Under the pieces are notes generated by a model that was not told the DNA's origin, searched no databases, and was given only the letters and a program-made list of their open reading frames with translations. Shown in pieces: positions 63,601 through 64,000 of a stretch of DNA of 64,000 bases. Numbering within the stretch: position 1 is the first letter of the stretch; each line of letters begins with the position of its first letter. This DNA comes from Piromyces finnis finn (Eukaryota > Fungi > Neocallimastigomycota): the NCBI GenBank assembly GCA_002104945.1, contig MCFH01000015.1, forward strand, positions 620,001 through 684,000, in the 5' to 3' direction. Both the position numbers and the translations under genes were made by a program.

Positions 63601-64000
63601 ATCAATTTAGAAGAATTGTAAAAATTTGACATTTAAAGATTGTTTTTTTTTTAAAAAAATAATATATATTATTACTTTTGTTTACTTAATAATTATTTTA
63701 TTAATAGAACTATATATGATAATCAATTCAATGGTACTATTCCTTCTGAGTTTTGGAATTTAACAAAATTACAATATTTGTATGAATATATATTTATAAA
63801 TGGATATATCAGTTAAAATAATTATTTTACTAATAAATTTTAAAAAATTGTTTTATATAATAATAAATGATATATATAGGTATTTAGATGGTAATCAATT
63901 CACTGGTTCCATCCCCTCTGAAATTGGGAAATTAACCAATTTAGAAGAATTGTAAAAATTTGATATTTAAAGATTTTTTTTAAAAAAAAAATAATTTATA
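60671..64000 (+). CDS. Multi-exon extracellular-type leucine-rich-repeat protein, one 24-aa LRR per 72-nt exon; continues past the right edge
   Basis: Exon 1 60671-60876 (N-terminus and Cys-rich cap) and exon 2 61021-61086. Then 72-nt exons at 61193-61264, 61368-61439, 61568-61639, 61762-61833, 61942-62013, 62140-62211, 62316-62387, 62523-62594, 62695-62766, 62863-62934, 63035-63106, 63196-63267, 63368-63439, 63546-63617, 63708-63779 and 63880-63951. All have AG/GT borders in phase 2 and fit LxLxxNxLtGxIPsEIgxLtnLxxL. Confidence 0.93.

Overview
This is eukaryotic, extremely AT-rich genomic DNA with GT..AG spliceosomal introns. It is most consistent with an anaerobic gut fungus (Neocallimastigomycota); this is inferred from base composition, the oxygen-independent-type class-II DHODH and a rumen-bacterial-type GH3. 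No rRNA, tRNA or CRISPR array could be supported. The left end holds two spliced housekeeping genes: transportin-1/Kap104, which runs off the left edge, and a 356-aa Ura9 that lacks the mitochondrial/quinone-binding N-terminus and has an active-site Cys168. An 88-aa FPNG-repeat microprotein follows. The centre is a co-oriented array of seven intronless secreted S8 subtilases with I9-like prodomains and C-terminal hevein/CBM18-like modules. They form two subfamilies: three with a truncated 2-disulfide mini-hevein plus charged low-complexity tails, and four with full 8-Cys modules. The array is interrupted by a domain-permuted bacterial-type GH3 beta-glucosidase with a spliced signal-peptide exon, a GPI-type surface protein, an orphan ORF, and a duplicated promoter/pseudogene abutting a Cys-rich ORF. 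The right end holds an LRR gene built from at least 16 consecutive 72-nt phase-2 exons, one 24-aa LRR each. Its recent exon+intron cassettes are tandemly duplicated and differ almost only by amino-acid-changing substitutions. The LRR cassette gene and the subtilase-hevein array are the best candidates for an undescribed system.
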